From: an uncultured delta proteobacterium
GTDB taxonomy: Bacteria > Myxococcota > Myxococcia > Myxococcales > Anaeromyxobacteraceae
Assembly: GCA_963766715.1 (NCBI GenBank)
Contig: CAVYBH010000002.1
Location: 128,001-192,000 of the forward strand
Length of the DNA: 64,000 nucleotides
Direction of reading: 5' to 3'
Below the pieces are notes generated by a model. That model searched no databases. It had not been told where the DNA came from and saw nothing but the letters and a program-made list of their open reading frames with translations. Shown piece by piece: positions 32,665 to 42,200 of this stretch; the first letter of the stretch is position 1; each line of letters opens with the position of its first letter. The position numbers were made by a program, and so were the translations under genes.

Positions 32665-33752
32665 TAGAGACCCGGATCCCAGCCGCTCGCCGGACCGCGC
32701 GCGAGCCAGCTGCGGAGCATGGTCCACGCCAGGCCGAGGAGCGTCGGGCCGACGAAGACGCCGATGAAGCCCCAGGCGATGAGGCCGCCCATGGCGCCGA
32801 GGAAGATCACCGACATGGGGAGGCCGGTCCCCCGGCTGATGACGTACGGGCGGGCCACCGAGTCGAGGACGTTGTTGACCACGAACCCCCACACGACGGT
32901 GAAGATGGCCGCGCCCGGGCGGTTCATGTGCAGGAGCCAGGCCCCGGCGCCGAGGTAGACGAGCGCGATGCCGACCTGCATGACGTCGAGCACGAAGCTC
33001 GCGACCATGAGCACCGCGAGCAGCGGAACGCCGGCCAGCCAGAGCCCAATCCCCTCGACGAGGGCCAGCGCCGCTGCGGCGCCGATGACGCCGACCGAGA
33101 CGTACCGGATGGTCCGGGCGGCGAGCTCCAGGAGGTAGACGCCGTGCTGCCCGCCCACGCGGGAGGCGATGCTCACCGCCATGTCCGTTCCGCGGGCGCC
33201 GCCCGCCAGCATCGGCCAGGCGAGCACGGTGGCGAGGACCACCTGGACGATGGTCCAGCTCGTGCCGAGGACGCGCATCACCGCCCACTCCGCCATTCGC
33301 GCGGGGTCGGTGCGGCTTCCGGCCGACTGCGCCAGGATCCCGTCGACGGACTCCTTCCAGGTTCCCTGCAGGAGGCGGCCGACGACCGGCACCCGCCGCA
33401 TCCACTCCGGCGGCGCGGGGAGGTTCCAGGAGTCGGGGTGGGAGAGGAACTCGACGACCGAGCGGACGCTGGGGATGAGCGCGAAGGCGGTGAGCACGAT
33501 GGGCGCCACCACCAGCACGAGCAGCACGGTCACCGACAGCGTCGCCGCCAGGTGCGGCCGTCCCCCGGTCCGGGACACGAAGTAGACGTGGAGCGGCCAG
33601 ATCGTGACCGACATGAAGAGCGACCACAGGAGGATGGTCCCGAAGGGGGCGAGGATGGTGAAGGCGGTGGCGAGCAGCGCGACGACGAGCGAGAGCGCGA
33701 GCCCGCGCTCGAAGAGTCCGCGGCCTGCATGGGGCGCCTCGTGTCGATCCAC
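32664..33752 (-). CDS. AI-2E family transporter (YdiK-like)
   Basis: Multiple TM helices; LDSVARPYVI and LGAMGGLIAWGFIGVFVGP. Start uncertain. Confidence 0.88.
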   Translation of the reverse strand: MDRHEAPHAGRGLFERGLALSLVVALLATAFTILAPFGTILLWSLFMSVTIWPLHVYFVSRTGGRPHLAATLSVTVLLVLVVAPIVLTAFALIPSVRSVVEFLSHPDSWNLPAPPEWMRRVPVVGRLLQGTWKESVDGILAQSAGSRTDPARMAEWAVMRVLGTSWTIVQVVLATVLAWPMLAGGARGTDMAVSIASRVGGQHGVYLLELAARTIRYVSVGVIGAAAALALVEGIGLWLAGVPLLAVLMVASFVLDVMQVGIALVYLGAGAWLLHMNRPGAAIFTVVWGFVVNNVLDSVARPYVISRGTGLPMSVIFLGAMGGLIAWGFIGVFVGPTLLGLAWTMLRSWLARGPASGWDPGL

Positions 33753-33808
33753 CGATACCCCATACCCTCCCGCGCACCGCCGCGGCAACGGCCTGCTATG
33801 GTTTCTCC

Positions 33809-35060
33809 ATGGCCAGCCCTCGAGACAAGTCCGCGTACATCGTCCGGGCCCCCACCGCGGTACTCACCCGGGGCTTCGATCCGCACCTCTCGGTCGGGTC
33901 GGCCCGCCCCGCCGTCTTCCGGTCGTCGACCTACGTGTTCTCCAGCCCGGAGAAGGCCGAGCGGGCCTTCGCCATCGCGCTCGGCAAGGCGCGGCCCGCC
34001 GCGGGGGAGAGCGTCGACCTGATCTACTCGCGCCTGTCCCACCCCAACGCGGAGATCCTCGAGGACCAGATCGTCCCGCTCGAGAAGGGGGCCGAGGCCG
34101 CGGCGGTCTTCAACTCCGGGATGGCGGCCATCTCCACGCTCTTCCTCACCGCCTGCCAGCCGGGCACGAGCTTCGTCTACACGGTGCCGCTCTACGGGGG
34201 TACCCAGCACCTCATCCACCAGCTCCTCGAGCCGCTGGGCATGAAGGGCATCCCGGTCCTGGCCGGCGACACGCCAGGCGATCACCCGGGCCATCGCCGG
34301 CGCGTCGAACCTCAAGCTGGTGCTGGTGGAGTCGCCCGCCAATCCCACCCTGACCATGACGGACATCGCGGCCGCCTCCGCCGCGGCGCGGGCGCACCCG
34401 GATCGCCCGCTCGTGGCGGTGGACAACACCTTCATGGGGCCGACCTTCCAGCACCCGCTGCTCCTGGGCGCCGACCTGGCCGTCTACTCCGCCACCAAGT
34501 ACCTGGGTGGCTTCAGCGACATGCTGGGCGGCGTGGTGCTGGGGAGCGACCCCGAGCTCGTGGCGCGGATGCGCGGCACCCGCGCCATCCTGGGGAACAT
34601 CCTGCAGCCGGACGAGTGCTGGCTGCTCGACGGAAGGCTCCCCACGGTCGGGCTGCGGATGAACCGGCAGTCGAAGAACGCCCAGCGCATCGCCGAGGCC
34701 CTGGTCGGGCACCCCAAGCTGAAGCGGGTCATCTACCCGTCGCTCCTGACCGATCCCGAGCAGGTGCGGATCCGGGACGCCCAGTGCGACTACCCCGGCG
34801 GCATCGTCACCATCGAGATGCAGGGCGGGAAGCGGGCGGCCTTCGAGTTCCTGCGCCACCTCCGCATCGCCAAGAACGCGGTCAGCCTGGGCGGCGTCGA
34901 GACCCTGGTCTGCCATCCGGCCACCACCACGCACTCCGAGATGTCGGAGGACGAGCTCGCGCGCTACGGCGTCGGGGACGACCTGGTCCGGATCTCGGTG
35001 GGCATCGAGCACTGGCGCGACCTGCTCGCCGAGTTCCAGGCCGCCCTCGACGCGGTCTGA
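33809..35060 (+). CDS. Cys/Met metabolism PLP enzyme (methionine gamma-lyase/cystathionine gamma-synthase family), frameshift near 34272
   Basis: YSRLSHPN, FNSGMAAI, ESPANPT, VDNTF, PLP motif YSATKYLGG, AVSLGGVETL, VRISVGIE. Confidence 0.92.
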
Positions 35061-35069
35061 GGCCGGCCG

Positions 35070-36032
35070 TCACCCCGCGACGGCGCGGGCCAGCTCGATC
35101 ACGGAGAGCGGAGACGAGCCCTCCGCCTTGTTGTTGACGATCACCAGCCCCTCCTTGCCGGCGCGGACCGCGCGGGCGATCAGGGCGGCGATCGAGGCGC
35201 GGCTCTCCGGGTCGGGCGCCGCGAGCCAATCGAAGGGGGCGTAGAGCTCCCGCGCCTCCTCGTAGCCGCGCCCGTGCCCGAGCATCCACCGCACGAGCAG
35301 CGAGGGCTGGCCCTCCACCGGGAGGAGCGCCGCCTGGGCCTCGAGCGTCGGCATGGAGGGGTGCACCGTGAAGCCGTGCGAGGCGCCGGCGTCCGCGAGG
35401 GCGGCGGCATAGGCAGGGTGCAGGAGCTCCCGGTTCCGGATCTCGACGGCGTACGGCGCCTCCCGGGGGAGGGCGGCCAGGAAGCCGGCCAGCCGCGCGG
35501 CGAAGCGCGCGGGGTCGCGGGTCTCGCCGCGGGGGAGCGGCGGGAACTGGAAGAGGAGGACGCCCAGCCGGCTCCCGAGCCCTTCCACCGCGGGTCCCAC
35601 GACCTCGTCGCGCGCGAAGCCCGCATCCAGGAAGCGGGGGTTCGCCGCCGCGGGGCCGCGCGCTCCGCCTTCCCGGATCTCCGGGAAGGTGCAGAGCTGC
35701 GAGGCCTTCACCAGGAAGCGGAATCCGGCCGGGACCTGCGAGGCGTGGCGCGCGAAGCCGGCCGCGTCGAGGGGCGCGTAGAAGGTCCGGTCGAGCCCCA
35801 CGGCGCGCAGGAGCGGGTGGCGGGCGTAGGCGCCGAGCCCCTCGCGCGAGAGCCGGTCGGCGCCGGCGCGGCCCGCGTAGACGAGCCCGGTCCAGCCCGG
35901 AAAGGACCACGAGGAGGTTCCGAGACGGACCGAGGCCGGGAGCCGCCCGGACAGCTCCGTGACCATGGGTGAAGGCGGAGCGGCGCCCACGGCGGGCTCG
36001 GCGGCGGCCCCGAAGAGCCCCAGTTGCTCCAT
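35070..36032 (-). CDS. DUF72 (YecE-like) protein
   Basis: LGTSSWSFPGW, LDRTFY, FLVKA, LLFQFPP, AVEIRN, VNNKAEG. Confidence 0.9.
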   Translation of the reverse strand: MEQLGLFGAAAEPAVGAAPPSPMVTELSGRLPASVRLGTSSWSFPGWTGLVYAGRAGADRLSREGLGAYARHPLLRAVGLDRTFYAPLDAAGFARHASQVPAGFRFLVKASQLCTFPEIREGGARGPAAANPRFLDAGFARDEVVGPAVEGLGSRLGVLLFQFPPLPRGETRDPARFAARLAGFLAALPREAPYAVEIRNRELLHPAYAAALADAGASHGFTVHPSMPTLEAQAALLPVEGQPSLLVRWMLGHGRGYEEARELYAPFDWLAAPDPESRASIAALIARAVRAGKEGLVIVNNKAEGSSPLSVIELARAVAG

Positions 36033-36269
36033 TCCAGCGTCCGTGTCCCTGCGTGGGCGGCGACCCGACATGCAAGAAATCTAAGAGAACCATGCCAGCC
36101 GCGCCCCGATGGGGGCTGAAAAACGTTCCTCACGTCCCGTGAAAGGAAGGACGGGGTAGATCGAATCAAGGGACTTTCGGATCCGCCGCACCGGGGGTTA
36201 AAGAAGGGCCGCCGCCGGCGTGCGGCCAGGAGAGAGGACGAGTGACGGACGGGACTCACGAGACGGACA

Positions 36270-36891
36270 GTGAAGACCTCGGCGGTGGCCCTCGGGGCCG
36301 CCCTCGCGTTCTTCCCGTCGTCCGTGGGGCAGCCCGGTCTCGGTTCCGCGGGTGGCGCCGCCGCCGCCCGCGGCGCAGCGCCCGATCGATCCGCTCGCGG
36401 CGCACGTCCTCGAGCGCATGCCCTCGATGGACGTCGAGGCCGCCTCCGATCTCGCGTCGCCGTGCGCGCCGAGGCCGTCGCCGCGGAGCTCGATCCCGTG
36501 CTGGTGATGGCGGTGATCGGGGTCGAGTCCGCCTGGGAGCCGGCCGCCATCTCCGAGCGAGGGGCGAGGGGGCTCATGCAACTGCGCAAGGTCGCGCAGG
36601 CCGGCGAGGAGCGGGAGGCCGGACTCGCTCCCGGGGACGTCCACGACCCCGTCCACAACGTCCGGATGGGCATCCGCTACCTGGCCCGCATGGTCGACGC
36701 CTTCGGGGACGAGGACCTGGGACTCATCGCCTACAACGCGGGGCCGACCCGGCTCTCGTCCTACCTGCAGGCGGTCGGGGAGGTCCCCGACTCGATGTGG
36801 TCGTACGTCCGGAGGGTCCGGCGGGAGGAGCGGCGAGATCCGGCGCGAGATGCTGCGCGCCGAGGTCCTCGTGGCCAACGCGGCGAGGTAG
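36270..36891 (+). CDS. Lytic transglycosylase (SLT domain), several frameshifts
   Basis: AVIGVES, GARGLMQL, NVRMGIRYL, AYNAGP. A shifted frame ends ...VANAAR with TAG at 36889-36891. Confidence 0.85.
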
Positions 36892-36902
36892 ACTGCGCCG
36901 CC

Positions 36903-37548
36903 ATGCCCCGAAGAAGGAAAGCCCCGTCCCGGCCCGAGGCCTGGACCCGGGGCGAGCTCGCCACGCTGCGCCGCCTCGACTCTCCCGGCCGGATCCAGGA
37001 ATTCCTGGATGGTCTCGCCTACCGGTCGGAGGACGCTCCCGCATCGCCCCGCCGCGTCCTGGCCGAGCGCCGGGCCCACTGCTACGACGGCGCCCTCTTC
37101 GCCGCCGCCGCGCTCCGCCGCATCGGGCACCCGCCGCTGCTCGTGGACCTGCAGGCGGTGCGCGACGACGACCACGTGCTGGCCGTGTTCCGCTCGCGCG
37201 GCCACTTCGGCGCGGTGGCCAAGTCGAACTTCGTCGGGCTGCGCTTCCGCGAGCCGATCTTCCGGACGGTCCGGGAGCTCGCGCTCAGCTACTTCGAGAG
37301 CTACTTCAACCTGGAGGGGGAGAAGACCCTGCGGGCGGTCTCGGCCCCCTTCGACCTCGCGCGCTTCGACCGGCTCCAGTGGACCTTTCGCGACGAGCAC
37401 CTCCCCCGGCTGGCCGAGCGGCTCGACGGCTCCCGCCACTTCCGGATCCTGACCCCGGCGATGGAGCGCGTGCTCCGCCCGGTGGACGCGCGATCGATGA
37501 AGGGCGGCATGGTGGGCACGGATCCCCTCCGGCCTCCACGCCGCCTGA
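36903..37548 (+). CDS. Hypothetical protein, transglutaminase-like Cys/His motifs, terminal frameshift near 37525
   Basis: IQEFLD, SPRRVL, AHCYDGALFAAAAL, DDDHVLAVF, AVAKSN, RELALSYF. Confidence 0.7.
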
Positions 37549-38452
37549 TTGCGGAGCCCCTTGCGCACGTCCAGCACACGGCTCTTCGCCGTCGCCGTCG
37601 CCATCTGGGGCACCACCTGGATCGCCATCACCTTCCAGCTGGGCCGTGCGCCGCCCGAGGTCAGCGTGGCGCTGCGGTTCGCCATCGCGTCGGCCATCCT
37701 CTTCGGGTGGTGCCGGCTCCGGGGGCTGCGGCTGCGCTTCCCGCCCGCCGTGCACGCGCAGCTCGCGCTGCTCGGTCTCTTCATGTTCTGCCTCTCCTAC
37801 CTGGCGGTCTATCGCGCCGAGACCTACCTGGTCTCGGGGCTGGTGGCGGTCGGGTACTCCGCGAGCCCGCTCGTCAACCTGGCCATCTCGCGAGTGGCCT
37901 TCGGGACGCCCGCCACCCGGCACGTGGTGGTGGGCGGGCTGCTCGGCGTGGCGGGCATCGCGCTCGTCTACTCGCCCGAGCTCTCGCGCGCGCAGGGGCC
38001 GGGCGTCGTCACCGGTGCCCTGCTCACCGCCTGCGCGGTCCTGGCGTCCGGGATCGGCAACGTCTTCGCCACCCGGCTCGACCGCCTGGGGGTGACCGTC
38101 GCGCAGAAGATGGCGTGGGGAATGGCCTACGGCTCGACCGTCAGCGCGCTGGTCGCGCTGGGGAGCGGGGAGGGGTTCTCGATCTCCGTGACCCCGTCCT
38201 ACGTCCTGTCGCTCCTCTACCTGGCCGTGTTCGGCTCCATCCTGGCCTTCGCGGCCTTCCTGACCCTCCTCGAGCGGGTGGGCGCCGCCCGGGCTGGCTA
38301 CGTCGGCGTGATGACCCCGGTGGTGGCGCTCGCCATCTCCGGGGCGCTGGAGGGATTCGGGTGGGGCCCGGCGACCGTTCTCGGCATCGCCGTCGTGGTG
38401 GCGGGAAACCTCGTGGTGCTGCGCGGGCGAACGGGAGTCAATTTCCGATTGA
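37549..38452 (+). CDS. EamA/DMT family transporter (ends approximate)
   Basis: IWGTTWIAI, LRFAIA, LLYLAVFGSILAF, GAARAGY, PVVAL. About 10 TM helices. The true stop is probably lost to an indel near 38430-38450. Confidence 0.85.
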
Positions 38453-38503
38453 CCGGCGGCACGCCCGCCCGCATGAGAGGAGTGGAACCGCCCGGAGGTG
38501 ACC

Positions 38504-38986
38504 ATGGACCCGGCAAGATTCTCCGATGCGCTGCGGATGTTCCCGCTGGGCGTGAACGTCGTGACGGTGGGCAGGGGAGGGGCGGAGAACGGGCTCACCG
38601 TCTCCTGGGCGATGCCGGCCTCGTTCGACCCGCCCATGTTCCTGGTCGCGCTGGACCGCCTCCACTACAGCGTCGACTTCGTGAAGAGCACGAAGAACTT
38701 CGCGGTCAACGTGCTCGCCGAGGGCCAGGAACGCCTGGCGGGACAGTTCGCGCGGCAGGCCATGCTGGGCGAGGACAAGCTCGCCGGGGTCGGGTGGCGG
38801 GCCGGGGAGACGGGGGCGCCCATCCTGGTGGACGCGGTCGCCTACTTTGACTGTGAGTTGAAGGAGATCCTCGAGGCCGGGGATCACCACCTGCTCCTCG
38901 GCACGGTGGTGGAGGCCGGGTCCCTGCGCGACGCGAGGCCGCTCGTGGGCGGGGCGTCGCTCCGGTACCAGAAGTCACATCCCTGA
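38504..38986 (+). CDS. Flavin reductase-like FMN-binding protein
   Basis: FPLGVNVVT, GLTVSW, SFDPP, FAVNVL, GAPIL, GDHHLLLG. GGAGG RBS. Confidence 0.92.
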   Translation: MDPARFSDALRMFPLGVNVVTVGRGGAENGLTVSWAMPASFDPPMFLVALDRLHYSVDFVKSTKNFAVNVLAEGQERLAGQFARQAMLGEDKLAGVGWRAGETGAPILVDAVAYFDCELKEILEAGDHHLLLGTVVEAGSLRDARPLVGGASLRYQKSHP

Positions 38987-39099
38987 CGACTCTTCTGGGT
39001 CAGTACGATCGGGCCAGCTGTGTCCCTCGAACGAGGGGCGAAGCGCAGGCCTAGTCGCAGATTTGTCCTAAGTAATTCAATATTTACACGTGAATCCAC

Positions 39100-39249
39100 G
39101 CCGGTGCGTCTCGCATACGGGGGCTTCCGTTGGCAGACGCAACAAGTGCGCGAACGGCCTCGCGATGCGCTCGAACACGCGTCAGGGAGCCGTTTCGCGT
39201 ATGTCGTACCTTTCGTGCGCGCACATTTGGCGACACGCCAGGCACCGGT
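39100..39249 (+). promoter_or_regulatory. Candidate structured 5' leader RNA
   Basis: Several complementary segments: 39105-39111/39135-39141, 39146-39158/39189-39202, 39228-39232/39236-39240 and 39100-39107/39242-39249, ending just before the RBS. Confidence 0.4.
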
Positions 39250-39261
39250 GAGGGAGAGCAC

Positions 39262-42200
39262 ATGAATCGACGCTCGATTGGGGAGAAGCCTGACCATCCT
39301 CGGATGGGCGATGGTCGCTCCGTCGCTGCCCCGGCCGTCGCGCACGCGCAGATCGCGGGCGAGAGCGTCAACATGGTCTCCGGCATCCAGTGGCCGGGCG
39401 GCGACCCCTTCCTCCAGCGGCAGAACGAGCCGTCGATCGCGGTCTCGTCCGCGAACCCGATGCACCTGCTCGCGGGCGCCAACGACTACCGCTCGGTCGA
39501 CATCGCGAGCCTTCGTTCAAGGCCGGCGAGCAGCAAAGATGGCGGCGACGCCTGGCAGGGCGTCTTCAAGTCGTACGACGGCGGCCAGACCTGGAAGAGC
39601 TACCTCATGCCCGGCTACCCGCAGGACCAGTCCGCCGAGGGCGCCAGCTCGGCGGTGCGCGGTCCGGCCGGCGAGGTGCTCTACAACGCCGCCGCCGACT
39701 CGGTGGTCCGGGCGGGCACCGACGGCATGTTCTACTTCGCCGGGATCGTCTTCAAGCGAGGCACGGGCGACGGGCGCGTCGTCCTGAACCGGTTCATCGA
39801 CCTCAACAACAAGGAGGACGGCAGCCCGGTCGGCGGCACCGACTCGATCCGCTGGATCGACGCGAAGGTCATCGACCAGGGCGGCACCGGGACGTACTTC
39901 GCCGACAAGCCCTGGATCGCCGTCGACGTCCCGCGGCCCGGCACGACCACCTGCAACATCCAGAAGTTCGGGCGCACCGTCGCGGGCGGCGCGATCTACG
40001 TGGTGTGGGCCCGGATCTACAGCGACACCCAGTCCGACATCATGTTCTCCCGGTCCCTCGACTGCGGCGACACCTGGAGCGCCCCGCTCAAGCTGAACGA
40101 CCAGAAGGCGCTGGCGAGCCAGGGCGCGTCGATCTCGGTCGACCCGCGCACCGGCTACGTCTACGTGGCCTGGCGCAGGTTCGGGCTGGTGGGCGCGAGC
40201 CCGAAGCAGGACGAGGACGCCATCTTCGCGGTCCGCTCCTTCAGCATGGGCCAGAAGTTCACGCATCCCGCGCCTGGTCACCACCTTCATCCCCTTCGAG
40301 CAGGGACAGGGCGCCTACCGGTTCCGCACCGAGGTGTTCCCCACCATCGTGTCCGCCATGGACGCGAAGGGCACGCGCAGCTGGACGCACGTCGCATGGT
40401 CGCAGCGGGCCGCGGCCGGCGCCGATGGGCAGATTGTCATGACCCACGTGGTCGTGTCCGCGCCGCCCAAGAGCTTCGACGAGTGGAACGACCCGCTCGA
40501 CGGCTGGACCATCCCGCCCGATCCCGTCGACGCGACGCCGGTCCTGGACCGCCCGAACGGCAACGCCTTCACCCGGGGTCACCAGTTCATGCCCGCGCTG
40601 ACCTTCTCGCAGGGCAAGCTCGTGGTGGTCTACTACGACAGCCGGCTCGACCACACCCGCAACTACTACACGCCGCACCAGAACCAGGATCCCTGCGCGC
40701 CGGTCGGGACCTGCTGGGTCCCCAACGATCAGGGGCGCTGGTACGACGAGGAGCGTGGGCCTCTCGGCGACCGGACCGGCCTCGACTGGACGACCGAGAC
40801 CCTCGACGACCTCTACATGACCCAGACGCGTCACACCATCGACGTCCGCATGGCCACGGCCGACGCGATCGGCGAAGCCGGTCTTCACGAGCGCCACGCT
40901 CTCTCGCATGCCCTTCGGCGAGCGGGGCGACGAGCTCGATCTCTACGGCGCGACCGGCCAGGCGCCGGGATTCGTCGGATCCGATCCGATGGTCGACGGC
41001 CCGCCGGACGCGTCGGGGAACCCGACCCTTCTGCGGCTGCAGGACCTCCAGGTGAACCCGCCGAACCTGCCCATGTTCAAGAACGGGACCACGCCGTTCA
41101 TCGGCGACTACATCGACGTGCAGGGCCCGATGTTCGTCCGCACCGCCACCGGGTGGGCGTTCAACACGGCGCCCAACGCCGGCCCCCGTCTTCCACGCGG
41201 TCTGGACCTCCAACCAGGACGTCGTCCCGCCGCGCCGTCGCGAATGGTTTCCGCGACTGGAAGCGGTACACGCCACCGGCATCGCCGGCCGCCCCTCGGT
41301 GACCACGAGCACTACGATCCGGGCCAGAGCCTCGCGACCGGCTGCGATCCCGGATTCACCGGCACCCGCAACCAGAACGTCTACACGGCGCGGATCTCCG
41401 ACGGGCTCGTGGTCACGTCGCCCCAGAACGCCAAGAAGCTCGGCGCGACCGGCGCGAGGACCTTCGTGGTCTCGGCGTTCAACGCCACGAACGACGACAG
41501 GCTGTTCCGGTTCTCCTTCGGCTCCCAGACGGCCGGTGTCGGCGCCTCGTTCCGTCCCTTCGAGGCCAAGGCGACCGTCGACGTGAAGGTCCCGCCCATT
41601 CCGCGGCCGTCCAGACGGTCTTCCTGCGCGTCCTCGCCGGCGTCGACCCGGCCACCGTGAATCCCGCGACGACCGTCGTGAACGTGGACGAGGTGACTGC
41701 CGGCGTCACGTCGCCGCTCCACGGCTTCGTGACCCTGAACCCGCCGGGCCCCGTGTTCGACATGGCGCCGCTCGACAACGGGAGCTCCTCCGATGCCCTG
41801 GAGGACGCTCGACGTGCAAGCTGAGCGCGGCCAGCCTCTACTACGCGAACCTGTCGAACGCGCACCTGTCGAACGCGAATCTCTCCAACGCGAACCTGTC
41901 GAACGCGAACCTCTCCAACGCGAACCTGTCGAACGCGAACCTGTCGAACGCCAACCTCTCCAACAACGACCCGGCGTCCTTCACGCTGGAGGCGGCGCAC
42001 CTCTCCAACGCGAACCTCTCGAACTCGGACCTCTCGAGCGCGAACCTGTCGAACGCGAACCTGTCGAACGCGAATCTCTCCAACGCGAACCTGTCGAACG
42101 CCAACCTCTCCAACGCCAACCTCTCCAACGCGGCCCTCGCGGACGTCGACTACACGGTGACCAACACGGGCAACACGACCCAGGGCTTCGACGTCGGGCT

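Noticed and set aside
36075..36265. c-di-AMP (ydaO) or c-di-GMP riboswitch upstream of the SLT gene
   Set aside because: Short matches (GCTGAA, GAAAGG, GGGGTTAA) and small hairpins exist, but not in the consensus order or pairing. An Rfam scan would settle it.
36270..38501. 743-aa SLT fusion protein
   Set aside because: Chimera caused by indels. A shifted frame gives the SLT a stop at 36891, and the next gene has its own ATG at 36903 preceded by TAGACT.
39100..39249. Assignment of the leader to the c-di-GMP-I/GEMM class
   Set aside because: It contains GACGCAA but lacks the GNRA-capped P2 and the preceding GGCAAA-like segment. Kept only as an unclassified candidate.
41845..42129. Tandem repeat as a CRISPR array or non-coding satellite
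   Set aside because: The 15-bp units are contiguous with no unique spacers, vary at synonymous positions and lie in frame with a protein. No cas genes are nearby.
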